Source: Leucobacter sp.
Lineage (GTDB): Bacteria > Actinomycetota > Actinomycetes > Actinomycetales > Microbacteriaceae
Assembly (NCBI GenBank): GCA_052106035.1
Contig: JBQEBC010000004.1
Location: forward strand, 7,510-71,509
Direction: 5' to 3'
DNA: 64,000 bases
Below are positions 42,395-52,424 of the stretch, piece by piece. The notes beneath the pieces are model-generated. The model saw nothing but the letters and a program-made list of their open reading frames with translations, ran no database searches and was not told the origin of the DNA. The translations under genes and the position numbers were made by a program. The stretch's first letter is position 1. The number at the start of each line of letters is the position of its first letter.

Positions 42395-43258
42395 TTACGA
42401 AGGCGTGAGATCGTACGACAGGCGGATCTGGCGGTTGGCGAGCGCGGGGAGCGCGGCGCGGGCCCGATCCACCGTGGCAGCGTCAACGTTTGCGACGAGC
42501 ACGCCCTCGTCGCGCGGGCCGAGGGCGCCCACGACCGTTCCGAGCGGATCCACCACGCGACTGAGACCAATTGTCGCCGCATTCCGTGAGCCTCCGCCGA
42601 CGGTGGCGCTCGCCACAAGCCAGCTCACATTCTCGAGAGCGCGAGCCTGAGTGAGCACCGTCCAATGCTCCTCCTTACCCTGGCCAGAGGCCCAGGCTGC
42701 GACAAGTAGCAACACATTCGCGCTGCGATCCGCGAGACTCCGAAACATCTCGGGGAAGCGCACGTCGTAGCAGTTCGCGAGTCCGAAGGTCAGGCGCTCG
42801 CCATCGATTTCAATATCAAATACGGGTGGCAGCTCGGTGCCAGGAGCCGTGTGCGCCGTCTCGCTCGCAGCAAATGCCTCATAGAGGTGCAATTTCCGAT
42901 ATCTGGCAAGCTCGCTGACCGAAGACGCAACGCCCGAAGAATCAGTGGTACTCGGAGCCACCACGATCGTGGTGTTGAACGGGAGACCTTCCGGGTTCGG
43001 CTCAAAGCCCGGTGCCACGATCACCGCATCGTGCTCTGCGGCGAGCTCGTGCGCCAGCTCCTCGAAACGGCCCCACCATTCGACTGCGATACCGGTCAAG
43101 CCATCAATCGTCACTGCTTGCAAAAGCACCATCGCTTGCTCAGGAAACACGATGACACGTGCACCCTGTTCCGCAGCTTCGGCCGCACGAAGGCGCAACT
43201 GTTCAAAGTTTTCGTTCGGGTCAGTCGTCGGGGTAAACTGCACAGCTGCGATCTTCAT
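42395..43258 (-). CDS. Carbon-nitrogen hydrolase (nitrilase superfamily)
   Basis: FPE, YRKLHL, CYDVRFPE and ARALEN motifs (E-K-C triad). Confidence 0.93.
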   Translation of the reverse strand: MKIAAVQFTPTTDPNENFEQLRLRAAEAAEQGARVIVFPEQAMVLLQAVTIDGLTGIAVEWWGRFEELAHELAAEHDAVIVAPGFEPNPEGLPFNTTIVVAPSTTDSSGVASSVSELARYRKLHLYEAFAASETAHTAPGTELPPVFDIEIDGERLTFGLANCYDVRFPEMFRSLADRSANVLLLVAAWASGQGKEEHWTVLTQARALENVSWLVASATVGGGSRNAATIGLSRVVDPLGTVVGALGPRDEGVLVANVDAATVDRARAALPALANRQIRLSYDLTPS

Positions 43259-43271
43259 CGTTCACTTCCTG

Positions 43272-44504
43272 CTATTCATTCGATTGAAACGTGTTTGCAA
43301 GGTCAGATTTTGTGAGGCTCGCCACAAGTTCCAGACTCTGCTTCGCAATCTCGGCCTCTTCGTCGGTCGGCACCACGAGCACGGTCACCCGTGAGTCTGG
43401 CGCACTGATCACTCTTGCACCAGAGACTGAGGCCTCGTTGAGGTCGTCATCGATGCGGATCCCGCACCACTCGAAGCCCGCGCATACGAGCGCTCGAATT
43501 TCTGCGGCGTTCTCACCGAGGCCCGCAGTGAACACGATGGTGTCTGTACCGCCGAGCACCGCGAGGTAAGCGCCGACGTACTGCCGCGCGCGGTGAACGT
43601 AAACGTCGATAGCGAGCTGCGCTGCAGCGTCACCGTTCCCGGCAGCTGCGCGAACGTCGCGAAAGTCGTTTGTGCCGGTGAATCCCGAGAATCCAGAGTC
43701 CTTGTTGAGCAGCAGGTCGACGTCGTCGAGCTGTGCCCCGCGCCTGAGCAGGTGGAAGATGATGCCTGGGTCAATGTCCCCCGACCGAGTGCCCATGACG
43801 AGTCCCGCAAGCGGGGTCATCCCCATCGAGGTATCCACAGATTTACCACCATCAATTGCGCACATCGAGGCACCATTACCAAGGTGCAACACAATTTGTT
43901 TGAGTGATTCGAGTGGTCTTCCGAGGTGTTCGGCGGCACTCCGTGACACGACCGCATGCGAGATTCCATGGAACCCGTAGCGGCGGATCCCGTGCTGCGT
44001 TGCGACCTGCGGGTCAATCGCATACGTGTATGCGGGTTTCGGCATAGATTGGTGGAACGCCGTATCGAACACCGCTACATGCGGAAGGCCCGGAAATGCC
44101 GCACGGGCCGCAACGATTGCGGCGTAGTGCCCAGGGTTGTGCAGCGGGGCGAGTTCGGCGAGCGACAGGATCCGCTTCGCGACGTGATCGTCGATGAGAG
44201 TCGGAGCGATGAAGTCACTGCCACCGTGCACGACGCGATGCCCCACCGCCGTGATACCAAACTCCTGCATCGGCGATCCGGCTTCGCTGAACGCGTCAAC
44301 CATGGCCGAGAACCCGCTTGAATGGTCTGGGATTGGGAGTTCCCGAACGTAGTTCACGTCGCTGTAGCGATGGACGACATTGCCCATCCCGCTTTCACCG
44401 ATGCGCTCGATGAGACCTTCTGCGAGGCGTATCCCGGTTCCAGTTTCGATCACCTGGTACTTGATCGATGATGACCCCGAATTTACGACGAGTACTGAAC
44501 TCAT
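43272..44504 (-). CDS. ackA: Acetate kinase
   Basis: NSGSSSIKY, GHRVVHGG, LAPLHN and HLGNGAS motifs. Confidence 0.97.
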   Translation of the reverse strand: MSSVLVVNSGSSSIKYQVIETGTGIRLAEGLIERIGESGMGNVVHRYSDVNYVRELPIPDHSSGFSAMVDAFSEAGSPMQEFGITAVGHRVVHGGSDFIAPTLIDDHVAKRILSLAELAPLHNPGHYAAIVAARAAFPGLPHVAVFDTAFHQSMPKPAYTYAIDPQVATQHGIRRYGFHGISHAVVSRSAAEHLGRPLESLKQIVLHLGNGASMCAIDGGKSVDTSMGMTPLAGLVMGTRSGDIDPGIIFHLLRRGAQLDDVDLLLNKDSGFSGFTGTNDFRDVRAAAGNGDAAAQLAIDVYVHRARQYVGAYLAVLGGTDTIVFTAGLGENAAEIRALVCAGFEWCGIRIDDDLNEASVSGARVISAPDSRVTVLVVPTDEEAEIAKQSLELVASLTKSDLANTFQSNE

Positions 44505-46633
44505 TTCGCGCTTGCCTCCCCGGCCTGCTTGGCCTCCCCAGCTTGCACCGCAGTAATAGCAACAGTGTTGAGAATATCTTCGACCGTTGCACCACGCGAA
44601 AGGTCGTTCACCGGTTTATTTAGCCCTTGCAAGACTGGCCCGACCGCGATCGCACCAGCCGAGCGCTGTACCGCCTTGTAGGTGTTGTTTCCCGTATTCA
44701 AGTCAGGGAATATGAACACGGTGGCATGCCCGGCGACCCGCGATCCCGGCATCTTCGAGGCACCGGTTTGCGGGTCGCTCGCCGCGTCATATTGGATTGG
44801 ACCTTCGACAAGTAGCTCTGGGTGCGCCTCACGTACCAGTATGGTCGCGGCACGCACCTTATCGACATCGGCTCCGGTGCCAGAATCACCGGTCGAGTAC
44901 GAGAGCATCGCGATGCGTGGATCGACGCCAAACTGGGCGGCGGTGAGCGCAGAGGACGCTGCAATGTCGGCAAGTTGCGCTGCGTCGGGGTCCGGGTTCA
45001 CCGCGCAGTCACCGTACACGAGCACGCGATCCGCAAGCGCCATGAAGAATACGCTCGATACGACAGAAACCCCGGGCTTTGTTTTAATGAACTCGAGACT
45101 CGGTCGAATCGTATGAGCGGTGGTATTCGCGGCTCCAGAGACCATCCCGTCAGCAAGCCCTAGGTGCACCATCATCGTGCCGAAATAGCTCACGTCGGTC
45201 ATGCGATCTCGTGCGCCTTCGAGGGTGATGCCCTTGTGTGCACGAAGTCGCTGATACTCGGTCGCGAACTCTTCGTGCAACGTGGAAGCGGCCGGGTCGA
45301 TGACAGTTGCCTCGTTGATCGCGAGTCCGAGCTCGGCCGCGCGTTTGCGCACCGTTTCTTCCTCACCGAGCACGGTGAGTCGCACGATCCCGCGTGCAAG
45401 CAGCGTGCTCACCGCCCGGAGCACGCGGTCGTCGTGCCCTTCGGGGAGCACAATGTGTGCCTGTACCTCGGCCGCCCGAGCGAACAACTCATAGGTAAAC
45501 ATCGCGGGTGTGCGCACACTGCCCCGGTGCAACCGCAGCCGATCCCGAAGCACTTGAGTGTCAACGTGTGCGTGGAACAAGGCGAGCGCGGTGTCAAACT
45601 TCCGGGGCGATTCCTCGGTGAGTAGCCCGCGGGCATTCGTGATGCGCTGCGCAGTGTCAAAGGTGCCGTAGGTCGATCGGATCATCGGAAGCACCGCACC
45701 GATTCCGTCGAGCAGGCGATCCACCGAATCGGGGATATCGAAATCGCCGTTCAGCACGATCGCACCAAGTGTCGGAAACCCGGCTGCCTCGTGCGCCATC
45801 GACACTGCAAGGAGCGTCTCTGCGCGATCCGCAGCGATCACGATGACCGCGCCTTCGATGAGCCGCGGCAGCACATTCGGCATCGACATGCCCGCGATCA
45901 CAATGTCGCTCACCTCACGGGCGAGGAGTTCTTCGCTCCCCCGAAGCAGGGTGCCATCGACCGCGCGCATCACCTCAGAGACGGGAGGCGCAACCAGCAG
46001 CCGCTCCTCGGGTATAGCCCAGACCGGCATGTCATCTGAGACGACCGTAGAAATCGCGTGCACAATTTCTTCCCGAGCATCCGCGTCTGCCCGGTTCACG
46101 AGCATCGCGAGCACTGTTGCGTGCTCCTCTCGGAGTTCTTTGACGCTGAGATCTACCATCTGCACAATGTCTGCGACTGGCCTGGCGTCCGACTGACCGA
46201 GCACCTCAGGCGTTTCGAGACTGCGCCCACTCACCACAAGCAACACCGGCGTACCGAGGTTCGCCGCGATACGCGCATTCGTTGACAGTTCCGTTGGCGC
46301 GGCAACATCAGTGTAGTCAGACCCGACTACGACAATTGCATCGCACTGCGCCTGCAGCGCCCGATACGCAGCCACGATCGCGGCCATCGCCTCGCCTGGG
46401 TTACTCCCCAGCTCCTCATACGTCGCTCCAACGCAGTCGTCATATGCGGCGTCTGCGGTGGCACGGGTGAGGAGCAATTCGAGCACCCGGTCGCGTTCGG
46501 TGCGCGAGCGAATCACTGGTCGAAACACCCCCACCCTGGGAACATCGGCGCTCAGTGTGTCGAGCACTCCGAGCGCAACCGCGCTCTTGCCCGACCGTCC
46601 TTCGGCAGACGTGAGGTAAATACTGACAGCCAT
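44501..46633 (-). CDS. pta: Phosphate acetyltransferase (long form)
   Basis: N-terminal GRSGKS, IVLPEG, PDLNTGN and KPVNDLSRG motifs; start ATG 46633. Confidence 0.96.
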   Translation of the reverse strand: MAVSIYLTSAEGRSGKSAVALGVLDTLSADVPRVGVFRPVIRSRTERDRVLELLLTRATADAAYDDCVGATYEELGSNPGEAMAAIVAAYRALQAQCDAIVVVGSDYTDVAAPTELSTNARIAANLGTPVLLVVSGRSLETPEVLGQSDARPVADIVQMVDLSVKELREEHATVLAMLVNRADADAREEIVHAISTVVSDDMPVWAIPEERLLVAPPVSEVMRAVDGTLLRGSEELLAREVSDIVIAGMSMPNVLPRLIEGAVIVIAADRAETLLAVSMAHEAAGFPTLGAIVLNGDFDIPDSVDRLLDGIGAVLPMIRSTYGTFDTAQRITNARGLLTEESPRKFDTALALFHAHVDTQVLRDRLRLHRGSVRTPAMFTYELFARAAEVQAHIVLPEGHDDRVLRAVSTLLARGIVRLTVLGEEETVRKRAAELGLAINEATVIDPAASTLHEEFATEYQRLRAHKGITLEGARDRMTDVSYFGTMMVHLGLADGMVSGAANTTAHTIRPSLEFIKTKPGVSVVSSVFFMALADRVLVYGDCAVNPDPDAAQLADIAASSALTAAQFGVDPRIAMLSYSTGDSGTGADVDKVRAATILVREAHPELLVEGPIQYDAASDPQTGASKMPGSRVAGHATVFIFPDLNTGNNTYKAVQRSAGAIAVGPVLQGLNKPVNDLSRGATVEDILNTVAITAVQAGEAKQAGEASAK

Positions 46634-46673
46634 GCGACTCTCCGTGTGCTTCTCGCCGTTTTTCTCGCCGTAT

Positions 46674-47942
46674 TTATTCAGCCGAGAGGATTTCCGTGAG
46701 CGCCTCACGTACGCACGCAAGCCCGCGGTCGAGCTCGTCGGCGGTGATGGTGAGCGCAGGGAGGAATTTCAACACTTCGTCACGTGCACCCGACGTCTCG
46801 ATCACGACGCCCCGCTCGAATGCAGCTGCCGACACCGCACCCGCAAGCTCTGGGCGCTTTGTTGAGGCGATTCCATACATGAGTCCGCGGCCGCGCACGA
46901 CGAATTCTGCAGCTGGGAAGTCGACGGCAATCGCGTCCAGAGCGCGCCCCAGCTGGGCGGATCGCTCAGCGATCGCATCGGTAAACGCCGAGTCGGCCCA
47001 GAACGTTTCAAGCGCGACGCGTGCCGTCACGAACGCGGGATTATTGCCGCGGAACGTGCCCGTGTGGGCACCTGGCTGCCAGACGTCAACCTCGCGACGC
47101 ATGAGCACGAGCGACATGGGGAGCCCAGACGCCGAGATCGACTTCGAGATCGTGACGATATCTGGCACGATGCCTGATTCTTCAAAACTAAAAAATGTGC
47201 CGGTGCGTCCAACGCCTGCCTGAATGTCGTCGACAATGAGCAAGATACCGTGCGCTTCGGTCAGTGCACGAAGACGCTGCAGCCATGAAGCACTGGCGAC
47301 GTTGATCCCGCCCTCACCCTGCACAGTTTCAACGATGACCGCGGCAGGCAAGTCGAGTCCCGAGCCCGGATCTTCGAGCATCCGCTCGAAGAGATCGAGC
47401 GTGTCGATGCCATCGCCCAGGTAACCGTCATAGGGCAGCCGAGTCACATCGTTCAGGCCTGCGCCGCCAGCCTGACGGTACTTTTCGTTGCTCGTTGTTG
47501 CGAGCGCACCCAGGCTCAGCCCGTGAAACCCATTTGTGAAGGCTACAACGTTGGAACGTCCAGTTGCCTGCCGTGCCACTTTGAGCGCCGCTTCGACAGC
47601 GTTTGCGCCCGTGGGTCCGGTGAACTGCAGCTTGTAATCAAGTCCCCGCGGGGTGAGGATGAGACGGGTGAAGGCTTCGATGAAGCCACGCTTTGCGACC
47701 GTCGCCATGTCGAGCCCATGAATAATGCCACCGCTCTGCAGATACTCAACGAGAGCCGGGATGAGCGCCGGGTTGTTGTGCCCATAATTGAGCACCCCCG
47801 CCCCACTGAAGAAATCAAGGTACTCTGTACCGTCTGCGGTCGTGAGCGTCGAACCCTGCGCACGCTCAAACACAACGGGGAATGAGCGGATGTACCCGCG
47901 CACCTCTGATTCGTAACGTTCAAAGATGTCTAGATCGCTCAA
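46674..47942 (-). CDS. ectB: Diaminobutyrate--2-oxoglutarate transaminase (solitary)
   Basis: ESEVRGYIRSFP, DFFSGAGVLNYGHN, GPTGANAVEAALK and HTGTFRGNN motifs; TTG start with RBS. Confidence 0.92.
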   Translation of the reverse strand: MSDLDIFERYESEVRGYIRSFPVVFERAQGSTLTTADGTEYLDFFSGAGVLNYGHNNPALIPALVEYLQSGGIIHGLDMATVAKRGFIEAFTRLILTPRGLDYKLQFTGPTGANAVEAALKVARQATGRSNVVAFTNGFHGLSLGALATTSNEKYRQAGGAGLNDVTRLPYDGYLGDGIDTLDLFERMLEDPGSGLDLPAAVIVETVQGEGGINVASASWLQRLRALTEAHGILLIVDDIQAGVGRTGTFFSFEESGIVPDIVTISKSISASGLPMSLVLMRREVDVWQPGAHTGTFRGNNPAFVTARVALETFWADSAFTDAIAERSAQLGRALDAIAVDFPAAEFVVRGRGLMYGIASTKRPELAGAVSAAAFERGVVIETSGARDEVLKFLPALTITADELDRGLACVREALTEILSAE

Positions 47943-47963
47943 CAGAGTTTCCCTTCAATTGAA

Positions 47964-48054
47964 AAGACCCCTCACGCACCCGATAGAGCCCAGCTACCCT
48001 TGCTCCGTTTCCGGCCTAGGGGAGTTCACCAAGATATCGCCACGTGAGGGGCAC
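47964..48054 (-). ncRNA. ffs: Signal recognition particle RNA (small bacterial SRP)
   Basis: Minus strand gcccctcacg...gaactcccctaggccggaaacggagcaagggta...cgtgaggggtc: long closing stem, GNRA-capped helix and AGCA motif. Confidence 0.9.
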
Positions 48055-48057
48055 AAA

Positions 48058-50172
48058 TTAGTCTAGCGGATCTTCAGGAGTGCTTGCGCCGATCCCATTC
48101 TCAGGCGGGAGATCGACCGCCCCGGTGGCGGCGTCGAGGCTTTCCTCAAGAGCAAAGCTTTCCTCTGCATCTTCGCCAGCGAACTGGGACTGGTAAAGCT
48201 CGTAGTACGCACCCTGTCGCGCCAGCAGCTCTTCGTGTGAGCCCTGTTCAACAATGCGACCCGATTCCATCATGAGAATCGTGTCTGCATCGCGGATTGT
48301 CGAGAGCCGGTGCGCAATCACGAATGACGTGCGGTCACTGCGAAGCGCCTGCATCGCCTGTTGCACGAGCACCTCGGTGCGCGTGTCTACAGACGAGGTC
48401 GCCTCATCAAGGATGAGAAGGGATGGATTGGCGATGAACGCACGAGCGATAGTCAGCAGCTGACGCTCGCCAGCCGAGAGCGACGATGCGTTCTCTTCGA
48501 TGACCGTGTCGTAGCCGTCTGGCAGTTGCCGCACAAAGCGATCCACCATCGTCGCCTTCGCGGCCTCAATCACTTCATCGTCTGTCGCGCTCAGACGTCC
48601 GTATCGAATGTTCTCGATGATGCTGCCGTTAAACAGCCAAGCATCTTGCAGCACCATTCCCACGTGTGAGCGAAGGTCAGAGCGCGAGAGCTCGACTATG
48701 TCGACATTGTCGAGCAAGATCCGCCCGCTATTCAGCTCGTAGAACCGCATAATGAGATTCACAAGGGTCGTCTTGCCCGCTCCCGTCGGGCCGACGATCG
48801 CGATGGTGTGGCCGGGGGTTGCCTCGAGCGAGAGATCCTCAATAAGTGGGGTCTCAGGGTCGTAGCTAAACGACACTTGTTCGAAGCGAACGTGGCCATC
48901 CGTGCGCTCTGGGAGCGCGGCGTTCGCCGTCTCTTCGTCCTGTTCTTCAGCATCGAGCAGCTCAAATGTGCGCTCTGCAGAGGCGACACCCGACTGCAGC
49001 ATGTTCGCCATGCCCGCCATCTGTCCGACCGGTTGCGCGAACTCGCGAGAGTACTGAATGAACGCAGTAACGTCGCCGAGGGTCATACTGCCGCTCGTCA
49101 CGCGCAGCGCACCCACCACGGCGATGAGCACATAGGTAAGCTGCTGCACAAAGTTCATTGACGGCATGATCGCGCCCGAAAGTGCCTGTGCCTTAAATGA
49201 GGCGTCAAAGAGCCCCTCATTGCGGCGGTCAAACTCCTCAGCCATCTCGGTATCGCGGTTGAAGATGCGTACGAGTTCGTGACCGGTGAACGACTCTTCA
49301 ATATGACCGTTGAGATCGCCCGTGTGCTTCCACTGCGCCGCGAACAACTTCTGTGCTCGCACGCCAACGAAACCTGCGATCACTCCCGAGAGCGGAAGCG
49401 CAATGAGAGCAATGAGGGCAAGCTGCCACGACACGACAAACATCATCACCATGATGCCGATGATCGTGAGGAGCGACTGCACAAGTTGCGAGAACGCCTG
49501 CTGCAGCGCCTGCTGAATATTGTCAACGTCATTCGTCACACGCGAGAGCGTGTCACCACGCTGACGACTATCGAAGTAAGACAGCGGCAACCTGTTGATT
49601 TTCGATTCGATGTCGGCGCGCAGCTTGTACACGACGCGCATCACGAGCTTGTTGAGCACAAAGCCCTGCAACCACATGAGTACCGAGGCGACCGCGTAGA
49701 GCCCGAGCACCACAAGAATGAGGGAACCCAGTACACCAAAGTCGATACCCTCGCCGGGAACAACGGTCGTTCCCTTGAGCATGTCAGCAAATTTGGCTTG
49801 TCCGTCAGCTTCCAGTTGATTGATGACCTGGTCGAGCGGCACCCCCTTCGGCAGTTGCATGCCGAGGACACCATTGAAGATGACATCCATCGCTTGCCCC
49901 AGCACCTTCGGCGCAATCACGGTGAGCACCACCGAGGCCGCGACGAGCACTACGACGAACGAGAACTTGCCTTTCTCGGGCCCCAGCAACGCGACCAGGC
50001 GCTTCGCAGAGGGCCAAAAATGTTTTGCCTTCTTTGGTGGCGCACCCTCGCCGAACATATCGTCGCCGCTACTCGGCTCGAAGTTCGAGTAATCTTCGAC
50101 TTCGTCGATGGCCACGGCGTCTTCGCGCGTTACTGTATCTTCACGCTTCATGGCTTTATCCTTGCGAGCCAT
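48058..50172 (-). CDS. ABC exporter, fused permease/ATPase subunit
   Basis: TM domain plus GPTGAGKT, LSAGERQL and LDEATSS motifs. Confidence 0.95.
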   Translation of the reverse strand: MARKDKAMKREDTVTREDAVAIDEVEDYSNFEPSSGDDMFGEGAPPKKAKHFWPSAKRLVALLGPEKGKFSFVVVLVAASVVLTVIAPKVLGQAMDVIFNGVLGMQLPKGVPLDQVINQLEADGQAKFADMLKGTTVVPGEGIDFGVLGSLILVVLGLYAVASVLMWLQGFVLNKLVMRVVYKLRADIESKINRLPLSYFDSRQRGDTLSRVTNDVDNIQQALQQAFSQLVQSLLTIIGIMVMMFVVSWQLALIALIALPLSGVIAGFVGVRAQKLFAAQWKHTGDLNGHIEESFTGHELVRIFNRDTEMAEEFDRRNEGLFDASFKAQALSGAIMPSMNFVQQLTYVLIAVVGALRVTSGSMTLGDVTAFIQYSREFAQPVGQMAGMANMLQSGVASAERTFELLDAEEQDEETANAALPERTDGHVRFEQVSFSYDPETPLIEDLSLEATPGHTIAIVGPTGAGKTTLVNLIMRFYELNSGRILLDNVDIVELSRSDLRSHVGMVLQDAWLFNGSIIENIRYGRLSATDDEVIEAAKATMVDRFVRQLPDGYDTVIEENASSLSAGERQLLTIARAFIANPSLLILDEATSSVDTRTEVLVQQAMQALRSDRTSFVIAHRLSTIRDADTILMMESGRIVEQGSHEELLARQGAYYELYQSQFAGEDAEESFALEESLDAATGAVDLPPENGIGASTPEDPLD

Positions 50173-51908
50173 CAGACTGCCTCCGCCTCTTCGAGCTGAG
50201 ACCGAACGATCTCTTGGTAGACCTCGTTGGCTACGAGGAGTTCATCGTGGGTACCGCGACCGACGATTTCACCGCCCTCCACCACGAGGATCTGATCTGC
50301 ATCGGTAATGGTGGATACACGTTGAGCAACGATGATCGTGGTCGCTCCCTGGGTCGCGGAGGGAAGTGCCGCACGAAGCCTGGCATCGGTTGCGACGTCG
50401 AGTGCCGAGAATGAATCGTCGAACAGGTAAGCGCGCGGCTTCGCAACCAACGCCCGAGCAATAGAGAGTCGCTGACGCTGCCCGCCAGACACACTCGTGC
50501 CGCCCTGCGATACAAGGTCGTCGAGCCCAAGCTCTCGCTCACGCACGAAGTCTTCGCCCTGCGCAACGCGCAGAGCTTCCCACAGTTCAGCATCGCTTGC
50601 CTCAGCGCGCCCAAATCGTAGATTCGATGCGATCGTGCCCGAGAAGAGGTACGGGCGCTGTGGCACGAGACTCATGGTGTCAGCAAGTTGCGATCTCGTG
50701 AGTTCGGACACCGGCACCCCGTCAACAGTTATCGACCCTGTTTGGGGATCGTACAGCCTGAGCATGAGGTTGAGAAGCACCGTTTTGCCAGCACCGGTGG
50801 AACCAATGATCGCCGTGGTCTGACCTGGTTCGGCGATAAAGCTCACATTCTTCACAACTGGAGTTTCAGCACCAGGGAATCCGAACGTAACATTTTCGAA
50901 GGCGATGCGCCCAGTAGTGGGAGTCGCATGTTTAGCTTCCTCCGGGAACGAGAGCGTTGATTTCGTCTCGAGCAATTCCCGAATGCGCTCTGCACACACG
51001 ACCGCGCGCGGAATCATCATCGTCATAAAGACGCCCATCATCACTGCCATGAGAATCTGCATGAGGTATTGCAGGAATGCGGTGAGGGATCCGACCTGAA
51101 TATCGCCGTCGGCAACGCGGTACCCGCCAAACCACAACACCGCACCGGTTGCTAGGTGCATCACCATCATGATCACCGGGAACATGATGACAAAGATGTT
51201 GCCAACCTTCACCGACACGTCGGTGATCTCACGGTTCGCCACGTCATACCGTGCAACTTCGAACGGCTCCCGCACGAACGCACGGACCACACGAATACCC
51301 ATGATCTGCTCACGCAGCACGTTGTTAATTGCATCGACTTTGGTCTGCATAACGCGGAACAGCGGAAGCAGTGCCCAGACGAGGAAGCTTACGATGACGG
51401 CGAGCACTGCGACAGACACCCATACGAGCCATGACAAGCCCGCGTCCTCTCGGAGCGCCATGATGATGCCTCCGACCGCCATGATGGGGGCCGACACCAT
51501 GAAATTCAACGTCATGAGAACGAGCATCTGAATTTGCTGGACGTCATTTGTGCCGCGTGTAATGAGCGTGCCCGCACCAAACTTCGTAGCTTCGAGGGTC
51601 GAGAGCGAGTCCACCTTGCGGTAGACCTCGCGCCGCAAGTCTCTGCCGACGCCCATTGCCGAACGAGCACCGAAATACACGGCGGCAACCGCCACAGCGA
51701 GTTGTCCAAAGGAAGCGAGCAGCATAATGCCACCCGTTCGCCAAATGAAGTCGGTATCACCTTGCGCAATACCCTGGTCGATAATCTGTGCGTTCAGGCT
51801 GGGTAGCCACAGGAGAACCATAGTGGAAAGTAGCTGCAACACGAGCACGATAACGATAAAGACCCAGTACTTTTTCGCATGTCGCATTGCGAGGGAGATG
51901 AGCGCCAC
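50172..51908 (-). CDS. ABC exporter, fused permease/ATPase subunit (degenerate site)
   Basis: GSTGAGKT, VSGGQRQR, FDDSFSALD and IVAQR motifs; start GTG 51908. Confidence 0.95.
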   Translation of the reverse strand: MALISLAMRHAKKYWVFIVIVLVLQLLSTMVLLWLPSLNAQIIDQGIAQGDTDFIWRTGGIMLLASFGQLAVAVAAVYFGARSAMGVGRDLRREVYRKVDSLSTLEATKFGAGTLITRGTNDVQQIQMLVLMTLNFMVSAPIMAVGGIIMALREDAGLSWLVWVSVAVLAVIVSFLVWALLPLFRVMQTKVDAINNVLREQIMGIRVVRAFVREPFEVARYDVANREITDVSVKVGNIFVIMFPVIMMVMHLATGAVLWFGGYRVADGDIQVGSLTAFLQYLMQILMAVMMGVFMTMMIPRAVVCAERIRELLETKSTLSFPEEAKHATPTTGRIAFENVTFGFPGAETPVVKNVSFIAEPGQTTAIIGSTGAGKTVLLNLMLRLYDPQTGSITVDGVPVSELTRSQLADTMSLVPQRPYLFSGTIASNLRFGRAEASDAELWEALRVAQGEDFVRERELGLDDLVSQGGTSVSGGQRQRLSIARALVAKPRAYLFDDSFSALDVATDARLRAALPSATQGATTIIVAQRVSTITDADQILVVEGGEIVGRGTHDELLVANEVYQEIVRSQLEEAEAV

Positions 51909-52424
51909 GAAGTCCCTTCCTAGAGGATCTGGCAAAACTTGATCAAAGTCAGCCAACATACACTAGCATCGTCGTTTAGAAAAATCTAGACGCGTTTACT
52001 AGACAAATGTTGATGAATTAATCACCAGGCGCGGCATGTATGAGTCTCCTTCGACCCCCTTTCCCATGCACCCCAAGTAGATATTCAGCCGAAATTCAGG
52101 TACTACTTGATAGGTCAGGTGAATCGCATGCGGTCGACCGGTAGACACGGTGTGATCGCTGCTCCGCCTGACTTTCTCTATGCCAAGCCACTAGAACCAT
52201 GGCTTGGCGTACCTGAAAATCGCGTGCTTCCATCTGTTGAATTGTTCAAGGAGTTGCCCTATCTCATCCGAACCGCCCACCTTCATGGCGCACTGCGCCA
52301 ACCACTCTGTCACTCTCCATTCAGTCCTCGCGCCCCTGCCTGAGCGCTGCGACCCCACTTAGCGCCGTTTCCTTCACTCCGCACTTCGGCAATCGCCGAT
52401 TCGCACACCTGAAAGGAAACTCTC

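Noticed and set aside
42326-42396. Nested inverted repeats (aactccgaa/ttcggagtt, cgctgt/acagcg) as an ncRNA
   Set aside because: They lie between convergent stop codons and are sufficiently explained as a terminator-like structure.
52107-52343. 78-aa ORF as a leader peptide
   Set aside because: TTG start without a clear RBS and no informative codon clusters or family features.
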